Assembly (NCBI RefSeq): GCF_031769215.1
Contig: NW_026782992.1
Coordinates: forward strand, 124,001 to 188,000
Origin: Ylistrum balloti
Taxonomy: Eukaryota
Reading direction: 5' to 3'
DNA: 64,000 nucleotides
This document shows, piece by piece, positions 40,741 through 54,790 of this stretch. The notes under the pieces were generated by a model. It ran no database searches. It was not told where the DNA came from and was given only the letters and a program-made list of their open reading frames with translations. The translations under genes were made by a program, and so were the position numbers. Position 1 is the stretch's first letter. Each line of letters starts with the position of its first letter.

Positions 40741-43559
40741 AAAGACATGTGCCTTTAAACATCTTCGATGTTATATAGTCTGTGCAATATAAGATATATG
40801 ATGGATTACTCAGATATTGAAAATAAAGGAGAGACCATTTATCAGTTCTGGACAACTTGATAATAAAACCATGTCTTATAAGAAAAGGATCTAGCTGTTC
40901 TCTTTCTTACGGAGGACCTTTCTACTAGTAACAGAATGTTCATCCCATCATTATAATGTCCTCCATACACTTACAAAATGCACATTCCATTTATTCTACT
41001 TCTGAAATGTTGAGTGTTTTCAGAATATCCCGCTAATAATGCTGTTCATTAAGATTCTTGTGGAATTTTAAAATCTAACATAAACGAAGCGGGTTAATAT
41101 AATAACTCTAACCCAAGATATAAGGAAATCAGTGGAAGTGGAAGCTTATGGATTCAGATTCCTAATCTGTGGTTGTGTTAACAAAACATAATCTTTCCAA
41201 ACAAAATGTTCTTGTCCTTAATTTAGAAGCGTACTACTGCTCTCAGATGTAATATATTTCTGTCCATGTTATTGACTTTAGGGAATATTATACCGTCACA
41301 CAACCACCTGCTACTCTGATAAGGCTTTTCATGTCGCATTGTCGTTAAGGATAACAAGAAACGAGGTATCGTGTTCAGGATGGAAACAGAGTCTGTAGAA
41401 ACGGGGTTTTACTTACTTACTCGTATGTTAGAAATGGGAAGTGGCTTTTTTATATCAGAAATTGAGAGGTTGGGTAGAGTGGATTGGAACGGTAGAAAAA
41501 GGGTGTGGCTTGTGGCTTTTTACTATTATAAACGGGTTGTAACTTACTTAAACTAGAAATGGAGTGTGGGTTTCTCAAATTAGAAATGGTGTGCGGTTTC
41601 CTTTTTGTAAGAAACAGCGTTATGCCTATTTATATATAAATCTCGACATGACTCCTTTCCTGAGTTTCCAACGTGTGGTCTATTTATAGTAACAAACGGG
41701 GCGTGGTTTGCTTTAGTTAGACAGGAGGGACGTTTGGTTTGTGTTTATGTTAAATACAGACAATTGGCTTAATTTGACAAATGTGACATATTCTATCAAA
41801 TCGGTTTAAAAACAGAAAACAAAAATTGATCAAAATTTAAATATATGTTATGTTAGCTAATGCATCGACTAGAATGAAGAATCGTACGCATAACACATTT
41901 ACTTTAGAAGAGGAGGCGGCAAGAACAAGCGAAGCGGGTCAATACAGCGAAATCTGCTGATACGGCAGAAGAGTAAGAAGATACCGTGTGTATTACCGTA
42001 CGGTCTGTCGTAAACAATCAGCGTCACAAGAGACCTGGCCCAGACCGGATCCGGAAATAGGTCAAGGTCGAGGCATGGAGCCGTGTTAGCGGGCGATCTG
42101 AGAGATTCACATACGAAAGGGGTGATAAATTTGTGCTGAAAGCAACGTACAAAGACACAAAGTGACGCTACATCGATTGATTTTAGTAGTAGCTTATCAT
42201 CCAAGCGAGCCAGTGCGGACTTTGTACTACACTTACTGGAGTTTCCACGCCACGGGAAACGCATTACTTGCATAAAGTGTGGAGCCGAGATACTTACAGA
42301 TCGGACTAGTCGTCTGGATTGTGCAGAGGAAACACAGGTTGAATGGAGACTGCTCGCGTGTCGACAATCTCGTGGGCTGTTATAGTTACGGTAGGGAGAA
42401 CCTTAATAAGGTTATATATAAAATGTACCGTAACGGTCGCCGTTATTACCCTTTATTTTATCTACCTTGTCGTCTACCACATCGTCGAACTCATCAAATC
42501 TGGATATACTAAACGGAAATTGCATTCGTTGCACTAACATTTAATGACTTTTGAGGATCGGCACATGAAGGGTTATAACAAAGAAATCCAACAATTTATA
42601 ATTAGCGTTTAAGAAACAACCATATGACAGTTCTGGTGTTGACAAATTTAGAATAGATTTTCTCGTGTGTTAGTTTTACGATCAGATTGAGATATTTTAC
42701 AAAGACGTCCAAAGCCTACCACATTTAACGAGTGTTCACCAGATGTGTAACGTTGTCAGTGTTTGGCAGACACTGGGACAATTTTATCTACAGTATAATT
42801 ATAAGGTAATGAATGCTTCTTTTAGAGATATTCCATTTAACTACATGTATCATATAAATTGTGATACTTTAACATAGCCAGGTACATGTAATGCATTGTC
42901 TTGAAAACAACAGACCATGCTTATAATCTCTGTCGACGGTTAATATTGTTTTTTTCATGAAGAAAACATATATATATATTTTATTCTAACAGTACATATA
43001 GCATGTCATTTTAATGACATATAAATGTCCCAGCCTATTGTTTATGACGAATGTACATAAAGTATGTCCTTTTGGTGACATACAAATGTACCTGTCTATT
43101 GGCTATGATGACGTTGCTTAAAGTATGTCCTTAAGGAGACATACAAACCTTAAGTCTTTGCGGACGGTACACATGGAATGTCCTTTAAGTGCCTAGAGTC
43201 TGTGGTGAAGGTATATACTGTTTGTCCAGTAGGAGACATAACAGCTTTTAGTATATACTGTCGGAACACATGGGATGTCCTCCAGGAAACGTAACAGACT
43301 AGACTCGATGCTGACAGAGTACACAGGATGTCGTTCAGGTGATATACCAGCCTATTTTCTATGATGACGGTACACATACCATGTCCTTTAGGAGGCAAAT
43401 CAGCCTAGTGTCTATGTTGAAGGTAAATAATGTTTGTCCAGAAGGAGACAAACCGTCTTATATTCCATTCTCACGGTATACAATTTTGTCCTGAAGGAGA
43501 TATGCCAGCCTATGGTGAAAGTATACTACGTTGGGTGTTTTTTCGTAGAGAACGGTACA

Positions 43560-44525
43560 TGTTATACCAGCCCGTAACTATGGTGAGGGTACATATATAC
43601 ACTGTCCAGTAAGAGACATACCAGCCTGTGGTCTATGGTAAAGGTACATATATATACTGTCCAGTAAGAGACATACCAGCCTGTGGTCTATGGTGAAGGT
43701 ACATATATACACTGTCCAGTAAGAGACATGCCAGCCTGTGGTCTATGGTAAAGGTACATATATACACTGTCCAGTAAGAGACATACCAGTTGGTGGTCTA
43801 TGGTAAAGGTACATATATACACTGACCAGTAAGAGACATACCAGTCTGTGGTCTATGGTAAAGGTACATATATACACTGTCCAGTAAGAGACATACCAGT
43901 CTGTGGTCTATGGTGAAGGTACATATATACACTGTCCAGTAAGAGACATACCAGCCTGTGGTCTATGGTTAAGGTACATATATACACAGTCCAGTAAGAG
44001 ACATACCAGTCTGTGGTCTATGGTGAAGGTACATATATACACTGTTCAGTAAGAGACATACCAGCCTATGGTCTATGGTGAAGGTACATATATACACTGT
44101 CCAGTATGAGACATATCAGCCTGTGGGCTATGGTGAAGGTACATATATACACTGCACAGTAAGAGACATACCAGCCTGTGGTCTGTGGTGAAGGTACATA
44201 TATACACTGTCCAGTAAGAGACATACCAGCCTGTAGTCTATGGTAAAGGTACATATATACACTGTCCAGTAAGAGACATACCAGCCTGTGGTCTATGGTA
44301 AAGGTACATATATACACTGTCCAGTAAGAGACATACCAGCCTGTGGTCTATGGTAAAGGTACATATATACACTGTCCAGTAAGAGACATACCAGCCTGTG
44401 GTCTATGGTAAAGGTACATATATACACTGTCCAGTAAGAGACATACCAGCCTGTGGTCTATGGTAAAGGTACATATATGCACTGTTTGTCCAGTAAGAGA
44501 CATACCAGCCTGTGGTCTATGGTGA
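43560..44525. repeat. Minisatellite, 55-bp unit ccagtaagagacataccagcctgtggtctatggtaaaggtacatatatacactgt
   Basis: About 17 copies; degenerate older copies extend back to about 43200. Confidence 0.97.
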
Positions 44526-45779
44526 TAGTATGTCTTTCAGTAGATTATTTGATTCAATCAATCTTATTTACTTTGTCAATTTAACACAATCAAATGAGCC
44601 CCCTGTGAATTTTCAATACAGATCGTGAAATACTGACGTCAATTTCAAGTTTTCAGTTGGATAACATATATTCTATGCTCTATCTTCTAAAGAATTCAAT
44701 CTATTGTTCAGTGCTGTACGATCATAGGACAAAAAAAAGAAAAGAAAACGCTATCGAAGTTATTTGGATTCGTGGAGGAAAGCATTGAATTTCATACAAA
44801 AAAAATCTTCCGTGCAATAATTTATTATACAATTATTTACCTTATATAAATACGATTATTCACAACAAGACCGCAATATATCAAAAAGTCCACTATAATG
44901 ACCAGTCCTCAGCACTATAAATAGGATGTTGTATATATGTATGTAAAGACTTACCTTGACTTCATAACCATCCAGCCCGACGTCTTGTTTTCGACTTATT
45001 TCGGTTTCTTCTGTCAGTTTGAAGACCGTTGACCACCTTTTAGTCGGTAATTAGGATAGCTGTGTGATGTGGATGACCAGTCCCTGTGCATGTCTAGCTT
45101 GGCTTAACGGAAGCTAAATATAACATTTATTGATGAATTAATTACGAGCACAAAACAACAATATTTAAAGTGTGATTCAGAGTTTGAAGCATTGCCAGTG
45201 TTTGGTCATCAATCCGTTTCAGAGGTAGGTTATGACTCCGCCGTGATTCACGTACAGCTTTGTCATCTACTTGGCCCACATGGGTACGTTGTCATGGTAA
45301 ACAAAGCGGATGTTACGACAACGCGCGCAAAACTTACTGCGTAGTTTCTTAAAACAGCTGCTATCGCCACCTTATTGAGTCAAACTTCTGAAAATTCCCT
45401 TCAAAAATCGTCCTCTTTCAATTAGAAATGTCCAGTTTAGACAAGAAAAAGATCAAAAGTAGAAATCATGTGTATTTTAAGTTGACGATGATGATATTGC
45501 TATAAAATCGATATTGTGTATTGTACAGACTACACACGTTTCTCGCAGTACCGGAATCTATCAGCATCTGGCAGGATGGCTAATTCTCCGCAATCACTGG
45601 CGAGATGGTATTTTTGTTATCGTAATATGGCCGCTCCCTACCCCTTTCACTAAATTTTCTTGCATTATCAAAGTAAAATGTCCTCTATAGAAATAATGAC
45701 AGATGAGCAGTGATTCACATATATTCCCACCACAAGTTATTTTACATCTAGTTGAATATGCTGAAGCGTGTATAGTGCA

Positions 45780-46200
45780 CATGTCTTTTTAGTTCAAAAG
45801 TGGCCAAATGTGACCTTTGAACTTTTATCCTTTACCGATGCTTACTATAATTTAAATACGTGTAAAACTTGAAAGTGGGATGCTGTCGTGTGTATTTGAG
45901 ATAAATTTGGTGAAAGGTCCATGAGATATGTAGTACGCAAGCTTTTAGTTCAAAAGTGATCCAGGTTGACGTTTGACCTTTAACCTTGGTCGCTGACTTC
46001 CAAAATTTAGACATTTGAAGCACTTGGTATGATGTTATAATGTAAATTGAAAGTATATCTATCATGGCGTTCGTGAGATATCATGTGAAATAGGGTTTTC
46101 TTTTTACTTCAAAAATGGTCTATAAAGGATGACCATTGACCTTTAACCTTTAACTTTAACCATCAAAGTCTTATCAATTACATAATTTGACCTTGTGATA
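45780..46200. mobile_element. Degenerate Helentron/HINE-like bivalve repeat fragment
   Basis: Repeated TGACCTTT(G/A)A(A/C)C motifs and two internal subunits beginning agttcaaaagtg (about 45790 and 45948). Confidence 0.4.
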
Positions 46201-47308
46201 TAACCAATCGGTCCCTTGTCAACTGAGAAATGTTAGGGTACGATTACTAAGTACATATAGTATGGAATGTCGCCCGTTTCAATCAGTGCCAACATGGTTG
46301 ACTGGGAAATTGTATAAGCTTAATTTTTGTTTCGCAATTGCTGTTCAATAAATACAAATTACATATATTGAGTGTCACAGAAATATCGGGACAACTGTCA
46401 ACATACATACACACGCAAAACAATGGAAACAGGAAATTTGATAGAGTGTAATCCTGTTCATAAACTAACGTATAATCATAGCACGCGAAAGTTCCGCCAG
46501 TTGGAGCCACATCCAGAATATCTCATTTTGAGGGTATTTTTTTATCTATTAAAGCGTAGGAACTAAATATAAATAACCTGACTGGTTTAATATCTTAAAT
46601 GTAATCTTAAAGCAAAAATTAAACTCTAGACCAGCGGAAAAAATCTTGGTTTATGATATCAGTAAATTTTTCTTTTCTTGATTTCGCTGTTTTACCATTT
46701 GTATTTTTATATAAACACCGATTAAGTGTGGACATTTCTCCGCCATCGTTACGTCAAAGACGGCTTATTTCAGATTGTTTCTGATTGAATGAAAGGGGAA
46801 AAAGATATGAACAATTTTTTCCCAATTGGATCATTGAACATTGTGTCTTCAAACTAAACCAGCATCTCTGAGTCACATAGGCCATAATCCTTTGGAAGCA
46901 AACTTAATTTTGGGGACTAGAAATGCTGATCTTGGACTAGGGTTGGTAAGCTTTGCTTGGCTCATTGTGAGTTCACGATCCAGAGTTTTATATTACATAA
47001 TGTGTTCTTGTATTTTTCCATGATTCAATACTGATATAATTTGCCAAATTTGTATTTTCTCAAGTTGAGGTCATTTTATTCACTTTTATTGAATTTAAAT
47101 GGTTTTGGCCACGATTATTCAGAATGCGATTTTTCAGTCTTAAATAATGCAATAAGGCATATAGTCAGCGGTATTTTGTTTCTCTGGGGACAAAGACGAC
47201 CACGAAAGTTTGTTCCGTCCCCTTTTGTTTAATCTGATGAATATGCATATCTTGAATGTGAAACGAGGTAACGTGAGACGTGACGTCAAAGTGTTACTTC
47301 AGCGACAG

Positions 47309-47781
47309 CGATACTCTATTTACCTACTAAGACACTTCTACACAGGTCATACCTATAGATACTCTATTTACCTACTAAGACACTACTACACAGTTCACGC
47401 CTATAGATACTATACTTACCTACTAAGACACTTCTATACACGTCACGCCTATAGATACTCTATTTACCTACTAAGACACTTCTATACAGGTCACGCCTAT
47501 AGATACCCTGTTTACCTACTAAGACACTTCTACACAGGTCACGCCAATAGATACCCTATTTACCTACTAAGACACTTCTACACAGGTCACGCCTATAGAT
47601 ACCCTGTTTACCTACTAAGACACTACTACACAGTTCACGCCTATAGATACTATACTTACCTACTAAGACACTTCTATACAGGTCACGCCTATAGATACTC
47701 TATTTACCTACTTAGACACTGCTATACAGGTCACGCCAATAGATACCCTATTTACCTACTAAGACACTTCTACACAGGTCA
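47309..47781. repeat. Minisatellite, 48-bp unit atagatactctatttacctactaagacacttctacacaggtcacgcct
   Basis: About 10 copies; open in one + frame. Confidence 0.95.
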
Positions 47782-50700
47782 CAACTATATTCATTCACAA
47801 ACGTTCACAATCGTTTTAAAGTGAAACTTGCCATCGTTTACAATATATTGTTTACATAATGATGTATGACAACGGAAATTAAATATATTTTTTCTTTCTT
47901 TTTCAATCTATTTTGAAAAGGTTGCAATAACCGGTCATGTCTACGTCTAGTCACGTGAACGACATTGCCTGGGAATATTCAGAGCCATATCTAAAATAAC
48001 TACTGTTGACTATTACTTTTAGCTACTTATTTTTCGCGGTATGCAATTTGGTGATAGGTAATGTCATAATAATGCCACGAGTGATTATTACTTAACGTAA
48101 ATTATTGAGTCACGGAATTCCACACGCGGATGAACATCTATCAACAATACCTTGAGATCAAACCGATGACAAATGAATAAAAACTGTGATCTTATGTCAC
48201 ATTTCATTGTATATTCTCAGTAAAGATTAAAGTGACATCAGACTAAGACTAAATCAAACAATTTTTTTTTTTCAAATTAATTGAGTAGGTGGGAAAAGGG
48301 ATAACCAGTGACCATCAGTGACCAAGCGAACCCTCCAGACAGAGGACAGAGCAGCACTGTTTAGTCATCGTGTATTAAATAAACCTCATATAATAAAAGG
48401 TATTATCTTTCTTTTATGACATGTAATCAAAAGGTAAACAAAACGGAAGGTGTTCCGGGACAGCTGTTCACACACACCCACAAACCCCCTTACACACACA
48501 CACACCCTCAATACGTACATCTATACATATTGATCGGCCATTTCATCCTGCTTCAGAGTGAACTTCATAATTGTAAATCATGTATTATAATATTTTCTTG
48601 TACTCTTATTTATGTACATGTGAATATCTGTATTTGTGTTTGCAAATACCATTGTAACAATTTCGTATGGCACGTGACCAGTCGTATATAATATATAGAT
48701 ATAGATTTCCAAGCCTCAAAATCTTACAAGTCATTTAGTTTATTTACGTTTACTGCTGAACTTTCGCTTGAATTCAGACATTTTATTAATTACTGGATCT
48801 CCGCAAAATTTTCTTGTTTATGTTCCGACTGTTGACACACGTACACATGTATGGGACCGAGTATTCCTTTGTTACAATACTATTTAATACCTCCGAAATT
48901 GACGAGACGAAAGCATGGGAAATCTTGAACACCTGTCAAATCACATTCCAATGTTATATATCAAAATGTCATTATATAACAATAACAGTAGCATTTATTT
49001 GGAGATTTTATAATTATAAATAAGCCTGATGAAAAAACAAGATTACTAGAAATTGAAGTGAACAACATACACACTTGTGTATTTTCCTAATGCTCTGCAT
49101 CTTTGACCCAGTGACCTTTCAGTTCCGGACTTCCGATACGCTATTTTTAGACGGTTTGGCTGGGAGTGTTCCCAGCAATTTCACTTGTCCAAACTGACCA
49201 GAGGATAGATTTAACAATAGTCTTAAAAGTCACCAAGATAAGTTCTTAAAAGGCACATCAAGAAATTTTGCAACCCGGAGGATCCCTTTAAAGTACACGA
49301 CCTAGTCCTCCCACACTAATGAAATAGGTTTTTATTACTGTTTTGTATTTTTGTGATAATGAGAATGGTTCCAAAATAGCCCGGGAGATGATTGCTTTTT
49401 CGAATCTACGGATATGACTTTTTGTGGTTCATTGTTGACTAGGGTTTTAAAACATCGTTGACCTTTAGCAGTCACGTTAAAACTATGTATAAACGAACTC
49501 AAACGCCTATCTATTAAAAAGACTTGTTTTGTCTCATTTCTTCTGATGATAGTACTGAAACGTACCGAGTGATCATGGTAGATAAAGGCAATTGCTTTTA
49601 CGAGCAAATGAACACTGACTGTTCTATTTCAATTTCTATTGCACTATTTAGATGTGTAATATCAATCCTGTTTAGCATCTGCTGTCCAATTTTTGTGACA
49701 AGTAAATAATTTCAATGAAAAAAAGAAAAAGAATTAAAGATGAAAAGGCACAACGGATGTTTTTTTTCTTTTTATTTTCTTGTATAGTTTTTAATGATAT
49801 AAAATAATTTCCACTGACGATCAACAAAAGCCAATAACAGGTTGCATAAAACATTTCATTATATGTGTTTGTGGTCTGGAGGAGAAGCATTCGGATTTAG
49901 TTTGCATGAACACCACATTATCGTATATTATCCTGTATAGAGAATCAACATGTGACGTATAAGACGATTTATGTGCCTTTGTCCAACTCTATGTGCATAA
50001 AGAGCAATTTGCACACAGCATGTACGTGTACAACATTATTATATTTCATTTTCAAATGACCATGTCAATCATCATCAAGACAGCTTCTTGGTTCTAATTG
50101 TTAGGACGCAGTACAGCAAAAGACACAACTTGATCCCTAATGATGCCTAATGACTCAAAGATTAAAAAAAAAATCATTTGAAGTCAGAACATTACAAAAG
50201 AAAAATGTCAATTGATTAGACACAATTGAAGTCATTCGTCCATAATTATTACGTCATAGCCAGAGGCCGTGTAGCGATGTTCTTCAAGGACATCAAATCA
50301 CGTGGGGATCAATACCGACCTTAAACCTTTGATTTAATTATTGTAAATGATTCGTTTATAAACCCAGAAAAGGGATTAAGCAAATTGAAATACTTAAATG
50401 TTCAACAATAACATACGAGTTCCACGATAAGGAAACATTAGATTTACTTCCTCATGAAAAAAAGCGAAGTTGATTACATGGGAGCGGGATAATTCTTCAT
50501 TCACAGCCTCAAAGAGAACGGGCAATATATATTGTAGTCTTCTGAGTAAATACAAAATATTGTATATGGATTCGAGGGACATACATCAATTTCAAGTAGT
50601 GGAGCTTCTTATTTCTGTTTTTGGACGAAAACAGGCGGCGGGGAAATGGAGCAGAGCAAAGTCTTACTTACGTCATTACATGTTCTGCTTCAGGTGTCGT

Positions 50701-50799
50701 AAACACCAAAGAGCTCTGCTATTATGACAGTACATGCAGCTTTACATCAGAACTTGAAGAATAAAATACCAACTTTATCTATATTACATATTAAATATA

Positions 50800-50986
50800 T
50801 TTCTCAGTCTGGTTGGCACGTATAGAAGGACGCAAGTGGCCCTACCGTAAAAGGAAACCGGAGTACCCCAAGAAAGCCTACGTGATCTGGCAGATCCCCA
50901 TATACCTCTTCAAAGTCCGTTCAGGGAATCGAACTCAGGACGTCTTAGTGATCGGCGAGTGACTTTCACGGCGTCACCCGACGAAC
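50800..50986 (-). mobile_element. tRNA-derived SINE, diverged second copy of the 3228-3440 family
   Basis: Minus strand: B-box GAGTTCGATTCC, then TGAAGAGGTAT...CACGTAGGCTTTCTTGGGGTACTCCGGTTTCC and a GCCAAC 3' segment, collinear with copy 1. Confidence 0.75.
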
Positions 50987-52449
50987 CTGAAGTAGAAGTT
51001 ACAGTAGCTAGCCGTAATAAAGGTCTGTGATCCAAATGTCATTTGACGTAATTATATCTTATGTTGAATAATTCATTAGAACGAATGAATATTTATGGAA
51101 TGTATAGTCTACAAAAAAAGTTCTATTTACCCGAATTTCTGAATTTTCATTAAACTTTAAAAAATTGGAAGAAGTTCATATATTAGAAATTAGCTTGTAG
51201 AATTAGGGACATTTTCTTAGTCTGTATGCGCCGTCTTTTCCATAATATGCTTTTCTATTGCGGTATTGTATGATGGTGCACAGAACAGTTTCAAAAAGCT
51301 TATCTGGAAAATGTTAAGATTATGAATACCTATTGAATAACACAAAAACATCATTATTATTTATCAAATATTTCGGAAATTGTTTTCCAAACTAAGAATG
51401 AGAAAAGTGAATATTAATTGAGTAGTTAATTTTAGCATGGAGATAGAAACCGTTCTTATATATTCTATTGTCAGACTAAAGCAAATGTCGTCTAGGTGGT
51501 ATCATTCACATTGGAGAGGTTGGAATAACCTCGATCGGAAAAGTACCTAGGGGAAGTAACTCTATAAGACTCGGTGATATCGGCGAATTTGAAAAGGGCC
51601 GGTCAGATGTACTATCACCCTTTCTTTACATAAGCACATATTAATGCCACTTATGTTTGCTCTAATATATGGAAATCTTTTGACACATTGATAAAGATTT
51701 GATTAAAACTCTATAGAAGATTAAACAAATCATTTTCAATCGCAAAATGTCGAAATTAGATGAGGGTTTTTTTGTCACTTTCATGTGATGCGTGACGTCT
51801 TAACAAAATAAAAGAAATAATTTTAATGGCGCTCTAAAAGTAGACAACTGTGTTTTATTTATTAAAATGTCAACGTCGTGTATTTTCTTATTTTATCTAT
51901 TTTTATGACAATATAAAAAATGGAGATTGTGATTTCTTTTCATTACAATAAAACAAAACGAATACGCATTAGTACTAGGATCCGACGTCTTTATCAAGCG
52001 CCAGTGTCAATGTCACGTGTTTCGAAATATCCTCACGAGGCGTGTTTATCTCATTAACCGATATTGCGTTCTACGTTCTCTGACAAGCAGGGCTGGGAAA
52101 ACCTGCTGTGGTCAATACTTATACTGTGTCGATCACATGTCCTTATAAGGTCATATCAAATCGGTTACATCACAACTGCATTTGCCTTCTGCTCCGACAC
52201 ACGTTTCTGAGCAATCGATCAATGAGAAATGTATTTACATTGTTCGATATGACTTGGAGGCAAACACAGATGAATTGGTTTAAATAACAAATCACACACG
52301 TATTAAAATGATTCAACACATGCTTTTTATGAATGGCGAGTTACGTTAGGAACACAATGTATTAGTTACACACACGTTCATGGTTATCAATGATTACTTG
52401 CACCCGCTGAGGTAGTACCGAATGGTTCGTTACACATTTTTGGATAATG

Positions 52450-54605
52450 ATACATGTCTAGTTACACACACTGTGATATCACCAATGTCTAGTTACACAC
52501 ACTGTGATATCACCAATGTCTAGTTACCTACACTCTGTGATATCACCAATGTCTAGTTACCTACACTATGATATTTAACAGACAATATCAATGACTATTT
52601 ACACACAACCTGATACTCAACATTGTCTAGTTTCATACACTGTAATAGTTATAGATGATTAGTTACTTTTACAGTGTATTTATCAAGTCTAGTTACACAC
52701 ATTATCAATGTCTAGTTACACACATTATTGTATTATCAATGTCTAGTTACACACATTATTGTATTTATCAATGTTAGTTACACACATTATGTTTAGTTAC
52801 ACTAGTTACACACATTAATAGTTTATCAATGTCTAGTTACACACATTATTGTATTTATCAATGTATAGTTACACACATTATTGTATTTATCAATGTCTAG
52901 TTACACACATTATTGTATTTATCAATGTTTAGTTACATACATTATTGTATTTATCAATGTATAGTTACACACATTATTGTAGTTATACAAATGTTACACA
53001 CATTAGTTACATAGTTACACACATTATTGTATTTATCAATGTCTAGTTACACACATTATTGTATTTATCAATATCTAGTTACACACATTATTGTATTTAT
53101 CAATGTCTAGTTACACACATTATTGTAGTTATCAATATCTAGTTACACACATTATTGTATTTATCAATGTTTAGTTACACACATTATTGTAGATATCAAT
53201 GTATAGTTACACACATTATTGTATTTATCAATGTCTAGTTACACATATTATTGTATTTATCAACGTCTAGTTACACAAATTATTGTATTTATCAACGTCT
53301 AGTTACACACATTATTGTATTTATCAATGTCTAGTTACACACATTATTGTATTTATCAATGTCTAGTTACACACATTATTGTATTTATCAACGTCTAGTT
53401 ACACACATTATTGTATTTATCAACGTCTAGTTACACACATTATTGTATTTATCAATGTCTAGTTACACACATTATTGTATTTATCAATGTCTAGTTACAC
53501 ACATTATTGTATTTATCAATGTCTAGTTACACACATTATTGTATTTATCAATGTCTAGTTACACACATTATTGTATTTATCAACGTCTAGTTACACACAT
53601 TATTGTATTTATCAATGTTTAGTTACACACATTATTGTATTTATCAATGTCTAGTTACACACATTATTGTATTTATCAATGTTCTAGTTACACACATTAT
53701 TGTATTTATCAACGTCTAGTTACACACATTATTGTATTTATCAATGTCTAGTTACACACATTATTGTAGTTATCAAGTCTAGTTACACACATTATTGTAT
53801 TTATCAATATCTAGTTACACACATTATTGTATTTATCAAGTCTAGTTACACACATTATTGTATTTATCAATGTCTAGTTACACACATTATTGTATTTATC
53901 AATGTCTAGTTACACACATTATTGTATTTATCAATGTCTAGTTACACACATTATTGTAGTTATCAAGTCTATTTACATACATTATTGTATTTATCAACGT
54001 CTAGTTACACACATTATTGTATTTATCAATGTTTAGTTACACACATTATTGTATTTATCAACGTACACATACTAGTTACACACATTATTGTATTTATCAA
54101 CGTACACACATTAGTTACACCATTATTGTATTTATCAATTGTATTTATCAATGTTTAGTTACACACATTATTGTATTTATCAATGTTTAGTTATACACAT
54201 TATTGTATTTATCAATGTATAGTTACACACATTATTGTATTTATCAATGTCTAGTTACACACATTATTGTATTTATCAATGTCTAGTTACACACATTATT
54301 GTATTTATCAATGTCTAGTTACACACATTATTGTATTTATCAATGTCTAGTTACACACATTATTGTATTTATCAATGTCTAGTTACACACATTATTGTAT
54401 TTATCAATGTTTAGTATCAATGTCTAGTTACACACATTATTGTAGTTATCAAGTCTAGTTACATACATTATTGTAGTTATCAATGTCTAGTTACACACAT
54501 TATTGTATTTATCAATGTTTAGTTATACACATTATTGTATTTATCAATGTATAGTTACACACATTATTGTATTTATCAATGTCTAGTTACACACATTATT
54601 GTATA
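52450..54605. repeat. Large minisatellite, 32-bp unit ctagttacacacattattgtatttatcaatgt
   Basis: About 65 copies, highly homogeneous core with a few irregular patches. Confidence 0.98.
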
Positions 54606-54659
54606 TTATTAATAGCTGATATCGAGAGCAAAATATGAACGAAAGAAATATTTACATGG

Positions 54660-54790
54660 GGATCCATGAAAAACCACCGGGAAAATAGATCCAGGTGTCC
54701 GGGAAGAGTAAGCGTCTTCTGCTTCATCAACGACATTTACCATGTAGATCTTGGCCAATTCAAGACAGTAAAGTCATGTTCCCAGTGTTG
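54660..54790. mobile_element. Diverged copy of a common bivalve retrotransposon-derived repeat
   Basis: ccaggtgtccgggaagagtaagcgtcttctgcttc resembles the recalled repeat caggtgctccggaagggtaagcagttcctgctcc. Family assignment uncertain. Confidence 0.3.

Noticed and set aside
49540-49590. CTGATGA...GAAAC hammerhead-like core
   Set aside because: The 7-nt linker cannot form stem II, and stem III with an NUH cleavage triplet does not pair.
50394-50727. Opposing short ORFs with protein-like patches
   Set aside because: Stops and frameshifts occur throughout and no family is recognised.
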